Assembly: GCA_963667725.2 (NCBI GenBank)
Contig: CAXXHO010000005.1
Span: forward strand, 1,184,001 to 1,248,000
Reading direction: 5' to 3'
DNA from: Treponemataceae bacterium
GTDB lineage: Bacteria > Spirochaetota > Spirochaetia > Treponematales > Rectinemataceae
Length of the DNA stretch: 64,000 nucleotides
A model generated the notes under the pieces. It was not told the origin of the DNA. It saw only the letters and a list, made by a program, of their open reading frames with translations, and searched no databases. Position numbers and translations under genes: made by a program. Below are positions 28,644-39,001 of this stretch, piece after piece (positions within the stretch are counted from its first letter, which is position 1; each line of letters opens with the position of its first letter).

Positions 28644-29135
28644 TCATTTAACGAACAACGACGCGAGAAGGGGCGTCAATATCAAGACGAGAACCATCCT
28701 GAAAAGATGGAAGGTCATGGATATCGGCGTCTCAGCTCCTCCATCCGTCATCGAGAGCGCCATGCCGGACAGACCACCTGGCGCCGTCGCGAAAATCGCC
28801 GTTTTGATATCAAAATGGAAGACTTTATTAAGCACGATCGCGAGGCCAAAACAGAAAAGGGTGAGAATTGCTATGTAGCCGAGGGCGACAGGCACTACTT
28901 CGGGATGTTTCTTGATGACATCGAGGTCGGAGTTTGAGACGACGACATAGGCGACAAGGAGCTGGGAAATTGTTGAAAGTATGTTGCCTGCCGGCACATT
29001 CGAAGATAGAAGGCCTTTCGCCACAAGCCCCAGAATCATGCCGCCGGTGAGATAGCCTGAAGGGAGTCTCAGTTTATGGCCGAGCCAGGCGCCGACGAGA
29101 ATCGCGGCGATTATGATTATCCCTTTCTCCTTCAT
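28644..29135 (-). CDS. AbrB-family membrane protein (single-repeat form)
   Basis: LRLPSGYLTGGM, ATAPGGLSGM and FHLFRM motifs; about 5 TM segments. Confidence 0.75.
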   Translation of the reverse strand: MKEKGIIIIAAILVGAWLGHKLRLPSGYLTGGMILGLVAKGLLSSNVPAGNILSTISQLLVAYVVVSNSDLDVIKKHPEVVPVALGYIAILTLFCFGLAIVLNKVFHFDIKTAIFATAPGGLSGMALSMTDGGAETPISMTFHLFRMVLVLILTPLLASLFVK

Positions 29136-29182
29136 GGTATGCCCCTCGCAAAAAACGCACCCGATCATCACCAGGCGTCGTT

Positions 29183-30748
29183 TTATTTCAGTTTTCGAAT
29201 CGAATCGATGATTGTTCCATCGCGATATTCGACAAGACCTACGATATCGTCCGAGAATGCGACTTCGTCAGGCACGCCTGTCGTCCTCTCGATCTCGGCC
29301 TTGAGCTGCCTGATGTCCTTGACGGGCAGGCCGGCGTCTTTCGCCTTGGCCAGGAGATCCTCGCGCAGGGGATTTATGGCTATGCCCTTTTCCGTGACGA
29401 TGACGTCGACGGTTTCGCCGGGCGTCACGACAGTCTGGACTCGCTCCCGTATGGAGGGCACCCCATTGCGCATGGAGGGGATCGTGATCACGGAAAGTTT
29501 CGCGCCCGCCGCGGTGTCGGAATGGCCGCCCGAGGCGCCGCGCAGCACGCCGTCGTGTCCCGTAAGCACGTCGACGTTGAAATCGACGTCTACATCAAGG
29601 GCGGCGAGCACCACCACGTCGAGGTCGTTGACGAGGCAGCCCTTGTTGAAGGGATTGGCGTACCAGGAGACGTCGGCTTCCATGTGGTAAGGATTACCCG
29701 CGATCGAGCTCGTGACGGCTGCGTCGAAGCTCTGCACGTCGAAGAGGCTGCGGAAGAGGCCGTCCTTGAGCATGTCGGCCATGTAGCCGGTGATGCCGCC
29801 GACACAGTAGCTGCCGGTGATGTTTTCCGCCTTCATGTAGTCCCTGACGAAGCGCGCGACCGCGAGGCTGGGGCCGCCGCCGCCGGTCTGGAAGGAGCAG
29901 TCTTCCTTAATATAGCCTGATGAGCGGATGAGCTTGAAAGCCAACTCGGCGATGCGAAGCTGCACGGGGTCGCGGGTGATGCGGGTGGCGCCCGTCGCGA
30001 TCTTGCTCGGATCGCCTATGGAATCAACCACGACGACCTGGTCCACGAGGTATTGGGGAACCGAGATGCGGGGAGAAAGAGGGTAAGCCACCAGATTGTC
30101 GGTCACCGCGATCACGTGGTCGGCGTATTTCGCGTCGTGGATGGCGTAGCCCATGGAGCCGCAGGCCGTCTTGCCGGCCGAGCCCGTCATGTTGCCCAGG
30201 CGGTCGCAGGCGGGCGCGGCGAGGAAGGCTACATCGATGTGGAGGCTTCCTTCCTCGATCGCTCGCGCCCTTCCGCCGTGGCTCCGGATGACGGCGGGGG
30301 CGGCGAGAAGGCCGTTGGTGATAGCCTTGCCCACTTCGCCGCGCACGCCCGATGTATTGAGCCTGGTGACGAAGCCTTTTCTGATCGCGTCGGCGACGCA
30401 GTCGTGGGAGTCGCCCAGCGAGGAAGGAGCGAGCGTTATGTCGCGGATGCCCATTCTTTCGAGTTCGGAGAGAACGATGCCGACCACGGCGTCGCCGTTG
30501 CGCAAGTGATGGTGAAAGGAAATAGTCATGCCGTCCTGAAGGCCGGAACGCTCGATCGCTTCTCTCAGGCTGGAGGCCACCTTGTTGGTGCTGGGAGCGG
30601 GCACTCTGTGCTGGCGGGCGGCTGGCGTCCATACGTAGGAGCCATCGAGCCTGGAATAGGCGCCCGCATAGGGGGCGAGGGGTCCCAGTCCCGGGACTTC
30701 TCGGGGAACAAGGCGTCCCAGGGAGTTTTTCACGCAGTCGAAGTTCAT
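29183..30748 (-). CDS. citF: Citrate lyase alpha subunit (ACP transferase)
   Basis: GMTISFHHHLRNGD, RSHGGRARAI, GASGGHSDTA and EYRDGTIID motifs. Confidence 0.95.
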   Translation of the reverse strand: MNFDCVKNSLGRLVPREVPGLGPLAPYAGAYSRLDGSYVWTPAARQHRVPAPSTNKVASSLREAIERSGLQDGMTISFHHHLRNGDAVVGIVLSELERMGIRDITLAPSSLGDSHDCVADAIRKGFVTRLNTSGVRGEVGKAITNGLLAAPAVIRSHGGRARAIEEGSLHIDVAFLAAPACDRLGNMTGSAGKTACGSMGYAIHDAKYADHVIAVTDNLVAYPLSPRISVPQYLVDQVVVVDSIGDPSKIATGATRITRDPVQLRIAELAFKLIRSSGYIKEDCSFQTGGGGPSLAVARFVRDYMKAENITGSYCVGGITGYMADMLKDGLFRSLFDVQSFDAAVTSSIAGNPYHMEADVSWYANPFNKGCLVNDLDVVVLAALDVDVDFNVDVLTGHDGVLRGASGGHSDTAAGAKLSVITIPSMRNGVPSIRERVQTVVTPGETVDVIVTEKGIAINPLREDLLAKAKDAGLPVKDIRQLKAEIERTTGVPDEVAFSDDIVGLVEYRDGTIIDSIRKLK

Positions 30749-31650
30749 AGTTCGGGAACCTCCATGCCGGCGAGCCTCGCGAGTTCAAGGGTCCGCGCCG
30801 CCTGGGCGACGACGGGAGCGTCGATCATCTTGCCGTCCACGGCGATGACGCCGAGGCCGCGCTTTTCCGCTTCCCTTGCCGCCGCGACAATCTTGGTGGC
30901 CTTGCCCACTTCTTTTTCGCTAGGGGCGAAAGCGGCATGAATCACGGAAATCTGCGAGGGATGGATGGCCGCCTTGCCGGTAAAGCCGAGCGAGACGCTA
31001 AGAGCGGCGGCTTCAGCCAAGCCTTCCAGATCGGCGACGTCGGTGTATACCGTATCGAAAGCCTGAAGCCCGAAAGCCTTGGCCGCGATGACGACGGCGC
31101 TCTTGGCGAAAAGCAGCTCGAGCCCGCCCTTGGTCGCCTTTATGCCCAGGTCGGCCGCCAGATCCTGCCCGCCGAGAGTGAGTCCGACCAGGCGGGGCGA
31201 AGCCGCCGCTATGGAATTCACGTTGACAATGGCGCGCGCCGTCTCGAGCATGGCCTGTATCCCGACGGTGCCGGATTCCAGACCGCATTCGGTCTCGATG
31301 CGCGTGATGATCCTGTCAGCTTCGATGACATCCTCTGCCGAGTCTACCTTGGGGAGCCTGATGGCGTCAGGGGCGGCGGGTATGATTTCGGCCAGGTCGG
31401 CTTCGAAATAGGGAGTGTCGCGCCCGTTAATCCTGACGATGCGTTCCACGGAGCCGAAGTCGAGGGCCATGAGGGCGTGTTTCACCAGTTTTCGGGCTGA
31501 ATCCTTTTCGGAAATGGAGATGGAATCCTCCAGGTCAAGAAGGACTCCATCCGAGCCATAGATCGAACAATTCTGCAGCATCCCGGGGTTGTTGCCCGGG
31601 ATGTAGAGCAGGGACCGCCTGGGGCGGTCCTTTCCTCGAATTGAGTTCAT
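30745..31650 (-). CDS. citE: Citrate lyase beta subunit (citryl-ACP lyase)
   Basis: RRSLLYIPGNN, DLEDS, VRIN, GFTGKAAIHPSQ and GKMIDAP motifs. The true start overlaps the tctA stop (ATGA). Confidence 0.92.
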   Translation of the reverse strand: MNSIRGKDRPRRSLLYIPGNNPGMLQNCSIYGSDGVLLDLEDSISISEKDSARKLVKHALMALDFGSVERIVRINGRDTPYFEADLAEIIPAAPDAIRLPKVDSAEDVIEADRIITRIETECGLESGTVGIQAMLETARAIVNVNSIAAASPRLVGLTLGGQDLAADLGIKATKGGLELLFAKSAVVIAAKAFGLQAFDTVYTDVADLEGLAEAAALSVSLGFTGKAAIHPSQISVIHAAFAPSEKEVGKATKIVAAAREAEKRGLGVIAVDGKMIDAPVVAQAARTLELARLAGMEVPEL

Positions 31651-33134
31651 GCTGTTTGCTTTTTCCTTCTCAGGAGAGCGTATACGAGGGTTCCGACGGC
31701 GAGGACGAGGAAGACCACCGAGATGGGCTTTTGGAAGAAGATCGAGATGCTTCCGTCGGATAGAACCATTGAGTTTCTGAGATTCTGTTCGAATGCCCCG
31801 CCGAGTATGAGGGCTAGGACGAGGGGTGGGAGGGGGATTTCCAGCTTCGAGAACATGTAGCCGATGATGCCGGCTATCATGACGATGATGAAATCGAAGG
31901 AGCTGTAATTCAGGAAGAAGGTCCCGATGAGAGCCAAACCCATGATGATGGGGAGCATGATGCGCGTGGGCACCCTGAGTATCTGGACGAGGGGGATGGC
32001 CAGGGGAAGGTTGATGATGATCAGGATGATATTGCCGATGATCATTGAGGCAATGACGCCCCAGGCTATCTCGGGGTGGTCGGTGAACAGGGTTGGCCCG
32101 GGCCTGACGCCGAGCATCATAAGGGCGCCGAGCATGACGGCCGTGGTTCCCGAGCCAGGGATGCCGAGGGTGAGTAAGGGAACCATGGCGCCGCAGGAAC
32201 AGGCATTGTTCGACGCTTCTGGGGCGGCAAGGCCCTCGATGGCACCTTTGCCGAACTCCTCTGGATGCTTGCTCAGGTTCTTCTCGAGGGCGTAGGACAT
32301 GAAGGTGGCGATGGAGCCGCCCATGCCGGGGAGGACGCCGATGAGAAAGCCAATGGGGGAGTTGCGGAGCATGGGCTTCCAGCTTCGTTTCCAGTCTTCC
32401 TTGGTGATCCAAACCTTGCCGATGGACTTGGAGTCGAATTTATAGACGGCGTTGATGTCCTTGAAATTCTTGTAGACCTCGCAGACCGCGTAGACCCCGA
32501 TGATGATGACGAGGAAGTCGATGCCGTCGTTCAGGCTTTCGATGCCGTAGGTAAAGCGGATGATGCCAGTCATCCCGTCGATGCCGACGGTGGCGAGCAT
32601 CAGGCCGAAGGCGATGGCGATCAGTCCCTTGAGGAGGTTGCCCTCCGAGAGGGTGATGGTAGCCACCAGGGCGAAAAGGAGGAGGGAGAACATCTCGGCG
32701 GGGCCGAATTTCAGGGCCGCTGAGGCTATGGGCTGGGTGAGGAAGACGAGGAAAACCATGCCAATCATGCCACCGATGAAGGAGGCGATGGCGGAAATGG
32801 CAAGGGCTGGACCTGCCCTGCCTTGTTTCGTCATTGGGTAGCCGTCGAAACAGGATACGATGGCCGAGGCGTCCCCTGGAACGTTGATCATGATGGATGC
32901 GCGTGAGCCGCCGAACATGGCTCCATAGTAAACGGCGCACATCGTGATGAGGGCCGTAGCCGGATTCATGCCGAAGGTTATGGGGATGAGGACGGCCACG
33001 CCAGTAGCCGGCCCGAGGCCGGGGAGCATGCCGATGATGGTGCCCAGGGAGCCGCCAATCACGACCCAGAGGATATTGGTCCAGGTCATCGCGGTCTGCA
33101 TTCCGAGCGCCAAATTGCTGAATATCTCTTGCAT
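31647..33134 (-). CDS. tctA: Tripartite tricarboxylate transporter large permease
   Basis: GMLPGLG, YYGAMFGGS, DGYPM, APEASNNA and LGIPGS motifs. Confidence 0.95.
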   Translation of the reverse strand: MQEIFSNLALGMQTAMTWTNILWVVIGGSLGTIIGMLPGLGPATGVAVLIPITFGMNPATALITMCAVYYGAMFGGSRASIMINVPGDASAIVSCFDGYPMTKQGRAGPALAISAIASFIGGMIGMVFLVFLTQPIASAALKFGPAEMFSLLLFALVATITLSEGNLLKGLIAIAFGLMLATVGIDGMTGIIRFTYGIESLNDGIDFLVIIIGVYAVCEVYKNFKDINAVYKFDSKSIGKVWITKEDWKRSWKPMLRNSPIGFLIGVLPGMGGSIATFMSYALEKNLSKHPEEFGKGAIEGLAAPEASNNACSCGAMVPLLTLGIPGSGTTAVMLGALMMLGVRPGPTLFTDHPEIAWGVIASMIIGNIILIIINLPLAIPLVQILRVPTRIMLPIIMGLALIGTFFLNYSSFDFIIVMIAGIIGYMFSKLEIPLPPLVLALILGGAFEQNLRNSMVLSDGSISIFFQKPISVVFLVLAVGTLVYALLRRKKQTA

Positions 33135-33149
33135 TGGATCAATCTCCTT

Positions 33150-33626
33150 TTAAAAGGGCAGCAACTGCTCTATGAAGCCGCGCGGAAGGCTGAGCTTGAG
33201 CGCCACGGCGAAAACGCCATAGGTGATCACCGAAAAGGCGATGGCAAGTATCAGGTTCTGCACCAGTCTGCCCTTGTTGATGAGGGTCGAGATGAACAGC
33301 ATGAAAAGAGTTGTGGGCAGTAAAAAACCGAGCGGATCCATCAGAAGACCGTAGGCAATGCCGACAGCCGTGGTGAGGAGAATCTTAATCCACACTTCCT
33401 TGTGCTTGACGAAGCCGAAATCGGCCTTCTTGGATCTCTTCCCGGGATTCCTCTCCTCGAGGGCAAGAATTGTCCCCGCGACGATCGCGAGAATCCCCAC
33501 GATAGATGGGAAGAGTTTGGGTCCGAGCTTGTCGCCCATCCGCATTTCCGGAAGCAGCATCGCCGTGACGAGGTAGATGCCTCCGATAGCGATGGCGATG
33601 ATCCCGGTAATAAGATTCATGGTCAC
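33150..33626 (-). CDS. tctB: Tripartite tricarboxylate transporter small subunit
   Basis: GPKLFP and C-terminal LSLPRG motifs; 4-5 TM segments; located between tctC and tctA. Confidence 0.88.
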   Translation of the reverse strand: MTMNLITGIIAIAIGGIYLVTAMLLPEMRMGDKLGPKLFPSIVGILAIVAGTILALEERNPGKRSKKADFGFVKHKEVWIKILLTTAVGIAYGLLMDPLGFLLPTTLFMLFISTLINKGRLVQNLILAIAFSVITYGVFAVALKLSLPRGFIEQLLPF

Positions 33627-33671
33627 GTTAGCACCTCCTGCGTACGCGCCGAAAAGTATTTCTCACGAAGA

Positions 33672-33701
33672 GAAGGGAGGCGCAGGATCGCGCCTCCCTT
33701 C
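33672..33701 (-). other. 12-bp perfect hairpin between tctC and tctB (mRNA stabiliser or attenuator)
   Basis: GAAGGGAGGCGC-AGGATC-GCGCCTCCCTTC. Confidence 0.65.
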
Positions 33702-33723
33702 CGGACATGAAATTGAAGTGGCC

Positions 33724-34704
33724 TTATTTCTTCAGGCCGACCGTGGTGAGGAGTTCGTCGAATATCTTGGTCTGCTCGCCAAGATACTTGGTGTGGGCGG
33801 CCGAATTCTGGTAGAAGTTGGTCCAGCCGAGATTGGCGATCTGATCTTTCCAGGTCTTGGTCTGCACCATTTTCGTGAAGACAGCGTCCCAGTAGGCGAT
33901 CTGCTCGGGCTTGAGTCCGGGAGCCGCGATCAGTCCTCTCCAATGGGGGAATACAAGGTCGGTTCCCTGCTCGACGAAGGGCTTTACGCCGGGAAGGAAG
34001 TCGAGTTCCTTGTCGGCACTGGTGCCGAGAACTCTCATCTTGCCCGCTTTATGCTGCTCGAGAACTTCCGCGAGTCCGATCACCGTGGCCTTGATGTGGC
34101 CGCCGAGAAGGGCGGGGATGATCTCGCCGCCGGCGCCCGGGTAGACGATGAACTTGACTTTCGAAGGATCGATGCCATAAGCCTTGGCCAGCTGGAGGAA
34201 AACGAGGTGGTCATTGTTGCCGAGGGATGGACCGACGCCAACAGGGATCGAGGCGGGATTGGCCTTCATCGCTTCCATGAGGCCCTTGATGTCCTTGTAG
34301 GGGGAATCGGCGGCAACGGTGACGGAGATCCATTCAGCCTGGAGCATGGCGATGGGGGTGAAGTCCTTGTAGGTGAGCTCAGAGGTTCCGAGAAGCTGGT
34401 TGAGCATGATGAGGGTAGAGGTGGCGGCCAGGTATTCGCCCTGTCCCTTCTTTCCCTTCAGGTAGGTCCAACCGACGGAGCCACCGCCGCCCGGTTTGTT
34501 GACGACGATGACGTTCTTCTCGACAAGCTTCTCGTCGATTAGGGATTTCTGCACGACACGCGCCAGCATGTCCCAGCCGCCGCCCGGATTGGCGGGAGCT
34601 ACGAGTTCGATGGTCTTGGTGGGCTTCCAGCTTGGGGCGGCCGCTACGGTCGAGACGACGCCGACCAGGGCGATGATGAGAAACAGCGAAGACAGTTTCT
34701 TCAT
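33724..34704 (-). CDS. tctC: Tripartite tricarboxylate transporter substrate-binding protein
   Basis: Signal peptide; PANPGGGWD and NKPGGGG motifs. Start set at ATG 34704, behind AGGAGG. Confidence 0.93.
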   Translation of the reverse strand: MKKLSSLFLIIALVGVVSTVAAAPSWKPTKTIELVAPANPGGGWDMLARVVQKSLIDEKLVEKNVIVVNKPGGGGSVGWTYLKGKKGQGEYLAATSTLIMLNQLLGTSELTYKDFTPIAMLQAEWISVTVAADSPYKDIKGLMEAMKANPASIPVGVGPSLGNNDHLVFLQLAKAYGIDPSKVKFIVYPGAGGEIIPALLGGHIKATVIGLAEVLEQHKAGKMRVLGTSADKELDFLPGVKPFVEQGTDLVFPHWRGLIAAPGLKPEQIAYWDAVFTKMVQTKTWKDQIANLGWTNFYQNSAAHTKYLGEQTKIFDELLTTVGLKK

Positions 34705-34766
34705 TACAGTCTCCTCCTTGAAAGATATGCGTTCAACCGCGGGGCCAGGCCCAACGCGGGGAAGGC

Positions 34767-35477
34767 CTAGTAAAACCTGAAATCCTTGAGCTGTTCGGCA
34801 TAGCCGGATTTTTCGCGCCAGATGATGAATGATTCGTCGAGATGTTCGGCCCAAACGCTGCTTGCCGTGTCGGGATCGTGTGCTCGAAAGGCATCGTAGA
34901 GGTCGCGACGTCGCTTAATGCTTTTATCGACGCGGTTGGGGAGCACGAGGCGCATGACGCGGTAACGGTCGAATATTTCGCGCTGCGCCCAGACGGCTTC
35001 TTCGATGCGCGAGGATTTGCAGGCCGCGAAAGCGACTTCGTTGAATTGCTTGATGAGGGGGAAAAGCGATTCCAGGAGTTTTTCGCCGCTTAGGGTGGCG
35101 CGGATAGCGTCGAGCCGATCGAGGATTTCGGCCATTGCGGCGAGTTCTTCTTCCGTGATGCGCGCCGCCGAGTATTTTACGGCCAGCGTCTCAAGAGCCT
35201 TGCGGATAGTGAAGGAATGGGCCAGCTCGTAGGGCGAAATTCCGAGAACTCTGTTGCCCTTCATGGGCACGCGCTCGATATAGCCATTGCTCTCCAGTTT
35301 CTGCAGCGCTTCCCTGGCGGGTGTCCTGCTGACGCTGAATTCTTCGGCAATCTCCGCGTCGGTAAAGTAGGTTTCGGCTTTCAGTTCGCCATAGACGATC
35401 GCTTTTCGCAGATGTTCGTAGATGACATCCCTCATTGGCTGGGCGCGAAGATCGGGCACTTCCTTCAAAAGACTCAC
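34767..35477 (-). CDS. GntR family regulator (FCD type)
   Basis: EEFSVSRTPAREAL and IRKALE motifs. Confidence 0.9.
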   Translation of the reverse strand: MSLLKEVPDLRAQPMRDVIYEHLRKAIVYGELKAETYFTDAEIAEEFSVSRTPAREALQKLESNGYIERVPMKGNRVLGISPYELAHSFTIRKALETLAVKYSAARITEEELAAMAEILDRLDAIRATLSGEKLLESLFPLIKQFNEVAFAACKSSRIEEAVWAQREIFDRYRVMRLVLPNRVDKSIKRRRDLYDAFRAHDPDTASSVWAEHLDESFIIWREKSGYAEQLKDFRFY

Positions 35478-35543
35478 GCAAGGCCTCCATGCAACTCATC
35501 TTTGGGATGAAAGGGGACAATAATCTTCAAAAATATTCAAAAT

Positions 35544-35578
35544 CCCGTATTCCGTATTCTGTATACAAGGTGTATAAT
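35544..35578 (+). promoter_or_regulatory. Candidate GntR operator and -10 box in the divergent intergenic region
   Basis: Palindrome TGTATACA, short CCGTATT direct repeats, and TATAAT at 35573-35578. Confidence 0.45.
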
Positions 35579-35634
35579 AGACCAGAGTCGCGAATCTGTA
35601 AAGTGGAAATTTTCCGATTTTATAGGAGGGTGTC

Positions 35635-37578
35635 ATGGCCAGCAAGAATCTCGTGCGGAAGCTGATCGATAGTCACAGGATAACCGGAAAGGGAAGCATG
35701 GATGCTGAAGGCGAGACGCTCGTCAGAATTGACCAGACTTTGACCCAGGATACCACGGGCACGATGGCGTATCTCCAGTTTGAGGCCCTCGGCGTGGAAA
35801 AGGTCAAGACCGAGCGCTCCGTGAGCTATGTCGATCACAACCTCCTCCAGGTGGGGTTCGAGAACGCCGACGACCATAATTTCCTTCAGGACATAGCCGC
35901 CAAGTATGGAATAATTTTTTCCAGACCGGGGAACGGTATTTGCCATCAGGTTCACCTTGAGCGCTTCGGGGTTCCCGGCAAGACGCTTCTCGGCTCGGAT
36001 AGCCACACCCCCACGGCGGGGGCTCTCGGCATGCTGGCCATTGGCGCGGGCGGCCTCGATGTCGCCTTGGCCATGGCTGGTTTCCCTTTTTCCTTTCCGG
36101 AACCCAAGGTCCTTCGCGTAGAGCTTCGCGGGAAGCTGCGGCCCATGGTGAGCGCCAAGGATGTCGTCCTGGGAGTGCTGAGGCGGCTCACGGTCAAAGG
36201 CGGCGTGGGAAAGATCCTCGAATACTCAGGCGAGGGCGTCGCCACGCTCTCCGTGCCGCAGCGAGGCACCATCACCAATATGGGCGCCGAACTGGGCGCC
36301 ACGACCTCGGTTTTCCCGAGCGACGAAGTGACGAGACGCTTTCTTGAGGCGCAGGGGCGAGGAAGCGATTATATTCCGCTCGCCGCCGATCCCGATGCCC
36401 TCTATGACGAGGAAATCATAGTCGACCTTTCGACGCTCGAACCTCTCATCGCCCTGCCTCATATGCCCGACCGCGTCGTTCCCGTACGCGAGGTCGCCGG
36501 CAAGCCGGTGGACCAGTGCTTTATCGGAAGCTGCACGAATTCTTCCTATTATGATCTCGCCGTGAGCGCATCGATCCTCAAGGGGCGCCATGTGGCGGAG
36601 AAGACAAGCCTCGTCATAGGGCCGGGATCGCGCCAGACCCTCCTCATGATAACGAGGGACGGCATTTTGGCCGATTTTGTGGAAGCCGGGGCGCGAATCC
36701 TGGAATGCGCCTGCGGTCCCTGCATAGGGATTGGGCAGGCGCCGCGCACGGACGCGGTTTCCCTGCGCAGCTCCAACAGGAACTTCGAGGGCCGTTCGGG
36801 CACGAAGTCGGCGCTTGTCCATCTCGTAAGCGCCGAGACGGCCGCCGCGTCGGCCATACGCGGCGTCATCACCGACCCGCGCGAGTTCGCTGAATCCGCC
36901 GCGGTTCGCGCTCCCGACCGCTTCGTGGCCGACGATTCCATGTTCGTTTTCCCGAAAGCCTCTGGCAAAGACCTGGCGGTCCGCCGCGGCCCGAACATCG
37001 CGGCGCTGCCCACCTTCGAGCCCATCGCGGACAGCATTAAGGCAGAGGTTCTCCTCGCCATGGGCGACAATATCACCACCGACCACATACTCCCGGCGGG
37101 AAGCAGGATAATGTCCCTGCGCTCTAATCTTCCCGAGATTTCCAAGTACTGTTTCGCCGCTGTCGATCCAAGTTTCCCCGAAAGGTCGCTGGCCGCCGGC
37201 GGCGGCATCCTCGTGGGCGGCGAGAACTACGGGCAAGGCTCAAGCAGGGAACATGCGGCATTGTCGCCCAGGTTTCTCGGCGTGAAAGCCGTCATCGTGC
37301 TGTCCTACGCTCGCATCCATAGGCAGAACCTCGTCAACGCGGGAATCCTGCCCCTGATCTTCGAAAGCAGGAAAGATTACGCCCGCGTTTCCAAGGGGGA
37401 CAGGCTTTCCATCGTGAATATCAGGAAAGGGCTCTCCATGGACAGGTTCGAGATCCTCAACGAAACCACGGGCCTTGCGTTTACGGCGCGCCATGGCTTG
37501 TCAGGGCGGCAGGTCGAACTGCTTCTCGCCGGCGGGGCGCTCAACGCCGCGCGCCGCGAACTCGCCGTAAGCCGATAA
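35635..37578 (+). CDS. Aconitate hydratase (single-chain, about 650-aa anaerobe type)
   Basis: QDTTG, VDHN, GICHQVH, GSDSHT, IGSCTN, CGPCIGIG, NRNFEGR, TTDHI and GQGSSREHA motifs. Confidence 0.93.
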   Translation: MASKNLVRKLIDSHRITGKGSMDAEGETLVRIDQTLTQDTTGTMAYLQFEALGVEKVKTERSVSYVDHNLLQVGFENADDHNFLQDIAAKYGIIFSRPGNGICHQVHLERFGVPGKTLLGSDSHTPTAGALGMLAIGAGGLDVALAMAGFPFSFPEPKVLRVELRGKLRPMVSAKDVVLGVLRRLTVKGGVGKILEYSGEGVATLSVPQRGTITNMGAELGATTSVFPSDEVTRRFLEAQGRGSDYIPLAADPDALYDEEIIVDLSTLEPLIALPHMPDRVVPVREVAGKPVDQCFIGSCTNSSYYDLAVSASILKGRHVAEKTSLVIGPGSRQTLLMITRDGILADFVEAGARILECACGPCIGIGQAPRTDAVSLRSSNRNFEGRSGTKSALVHLVSAETAAASAIRGVITDPREFAESAAVRAPDRFVADDSMFVFPKASGKDLAVRRGPNIAALPTFEPIADSIKAEVLLAMGDNITTDHILPAGSRIMSLRSNLPEISKYCFAAVDPSFPERSLAAGGGILVGGENYGQGSSREHAALSPRFLGVKAVIVLSYARIHRQNLVNAGILPLIFESRKDYARVSKGDRLSIVNIRKGLSMDRFEILNETTGLAFTARHGLSGRQVELLLAGGALNAARRELAVSR

Positions 37579-37600
37579 GGGCAGGAAAAGAGGAAAGCAG

Positions 37601-38689
37601 ATGGGTGGAGAATCTTTCGGCTGGGAAGAAAGAATCCTCGAAGGCAGCGGCGAGTTCGCGGCGCGGAAGCGCCTCCTCGAATCGCGAGGCCTCTCTGTCC
37701 CCGGCGAAGAGGATGTAGTCCTTGGCCTTTTCGATGATGATGGCCTCGTCGCGACAGGGTCCCTCGTCGGTTCTGTCCTGGAAGGAATAGCCGTGGCCGA
37801 CGCGTACGAAGGAGAGGGCGCCGCCGTCGCTGTCGTTTCCTCGCTCATCAAACGAGCGGTGGAAGGCGGCAGGAAGCAGCTGTTCCTTTTCACGAAGGCT
37901 TCCGAGGCCAGCCGTTTCGAGGCGATGGGCTTTTCCTTCATCGTTTCGACAGGCAGCCAAGGCGTTGCCCTCCTCGAGTGGGGCATGGAAGGAATCGCCT
38001 TCTGGCTGAAAGCGCTGAAGACTCGAACCGAGGGGAAACCTCATGGCGCCGCCGCTGTCGTCGTCAACTGCAATCCCTTTACTCTTGGCCATCGCAAGCT
38101 CATCGAATATGCCGCGTCCAAAGCTCCCTGGCTTTATGTCCTTGTCGTCGAGGAGGACAGGTCCCTCTTTCCCTTCGGGGTAAGGGTGGAACTCGTCAGG
38201 CAGGGCATCGCCGATCTGCCGAATGTGACCGTACTCGAAGGCGGACCTTACGTGATCTCTTCCGCGACTTTCCCGACGTATTTTATCCGCCCGGGCGAAA
38301 AAAACGGCGACGAGGCGGATAGGGCGGTAGAATTCCACGCGGCGCTCGATCTTGCGCTGTTCAGGCGTCATATCGCGCCCGCGCTTCATGTGACCGACCG
38401 TTTCGTGGGCACGGAGCCCTATTGTGCGACCACCTCGACATATAACAGGATAATGAAAGAAATACTCACCGCGAAGGACGGAGGGGGTGAGCCACTCCGC
38501 GTTCACGAAATGCCCCGTTTCGAAAAAGAAGGAGCGCCGGTGAGCGCCTCGAAGGTGCGTGAACTGATAAAGAGAAGTGATATGGATGCTGCAAAAGCAC
38601 TTGTTCCCCCCACGACCTGGGCTTGGCTCATTTCGCCGGAAGCCGTTCCCGTTCTGGAACGGATAAAAAAGAGCGATTCCCGTCACTGA
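37601..38689 (+). CDS. citC: [Citrate (pro-3S)-lyase] ligase
   Basis: N-terminal GNAT-like region; NCNPFTLGH, YVISSATFPTYF, RFVGTEP and SASKVR motifs. Confidence 0.93.
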   Translation: MGGESFGWEERILEGSGEFAARKRLLESRGLSVPGEEDVVLGLFDDDGLVATGSLVGSVLEGIAVADAYEGEGAAVAVVSSLIKRAVEGGRKQLFLFTKASEASRFEAMGFSFIVSTGSQGVALLEWGMEGIAFWLKALKTRTEGKPHGAAAVVVNCNPFTLGHRKLIEYAASKAPWLYVLVVEEDRSLFPFGVRVELVRQGIADLPNVTVLEGGPYVISSATFPTYFIRPGEKNGDEADRAVEFHAALDLALFRRHIAPALHVTDRFVGTEPYCATTSTYNRIMKEILTAKDGGGEPLRVHEMPRFEKEGAPVSASKVRELIKRSDMDAAKALVPPTTWAWLISPEAVPVLERIKKSDSRH

Positions 38690-38728
38690 ACGGGCGTTCT
38701 CACAGAAAGAAAGCGAGGAGGACTAGAT

Positions 38729-39001
38729 ATGGAAGCAAAAAAAACTGCTACGGCAGGTTCGCTCGAATCGAGCGATGTTCTCGTCACAATATCGCCGGCG
38801 GCCGGTTCGGCCGTGGAACTCAAGATCGAAAGTATCGTGATCAAACAGTTTGGAAAGAGAACCCGAAGCGTGACTGAAGAGGTCGTAGCCGCCTCCGGCA
38901 TCAAGGGAGTAAGCGTGCATGTCCAAGATCGCGGGGCGCTTGAGTGCACCCTTCGGGCAAGACTAGAGACAGCCATCGCCCGCGCCGCCGAGCCCGCATG
39001 A
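38729..39001 (+). CDS. citD: Citrate lyase acyl carrier protein
   Basis: AGSLESSD (prosthetic-group Ser), KQFG and DRGALECTLRAR motifs. Confidence 0.95.
   Translation: MEAKKTATAGSLESSDVLVTISPAAGSAVELKIESIVIKQFGKRTRSVTEEVVAASGIKGVSVHVQDRGALECTLRARLETAIARAAEPA

Noticed and set aside
30745..32412. Apparent 555-aa CitE with a long N-terminal extension
   Set aside because: The extension is an off-frame read of tctA. The real start is ATG 31650, overlapping the tctA stop.
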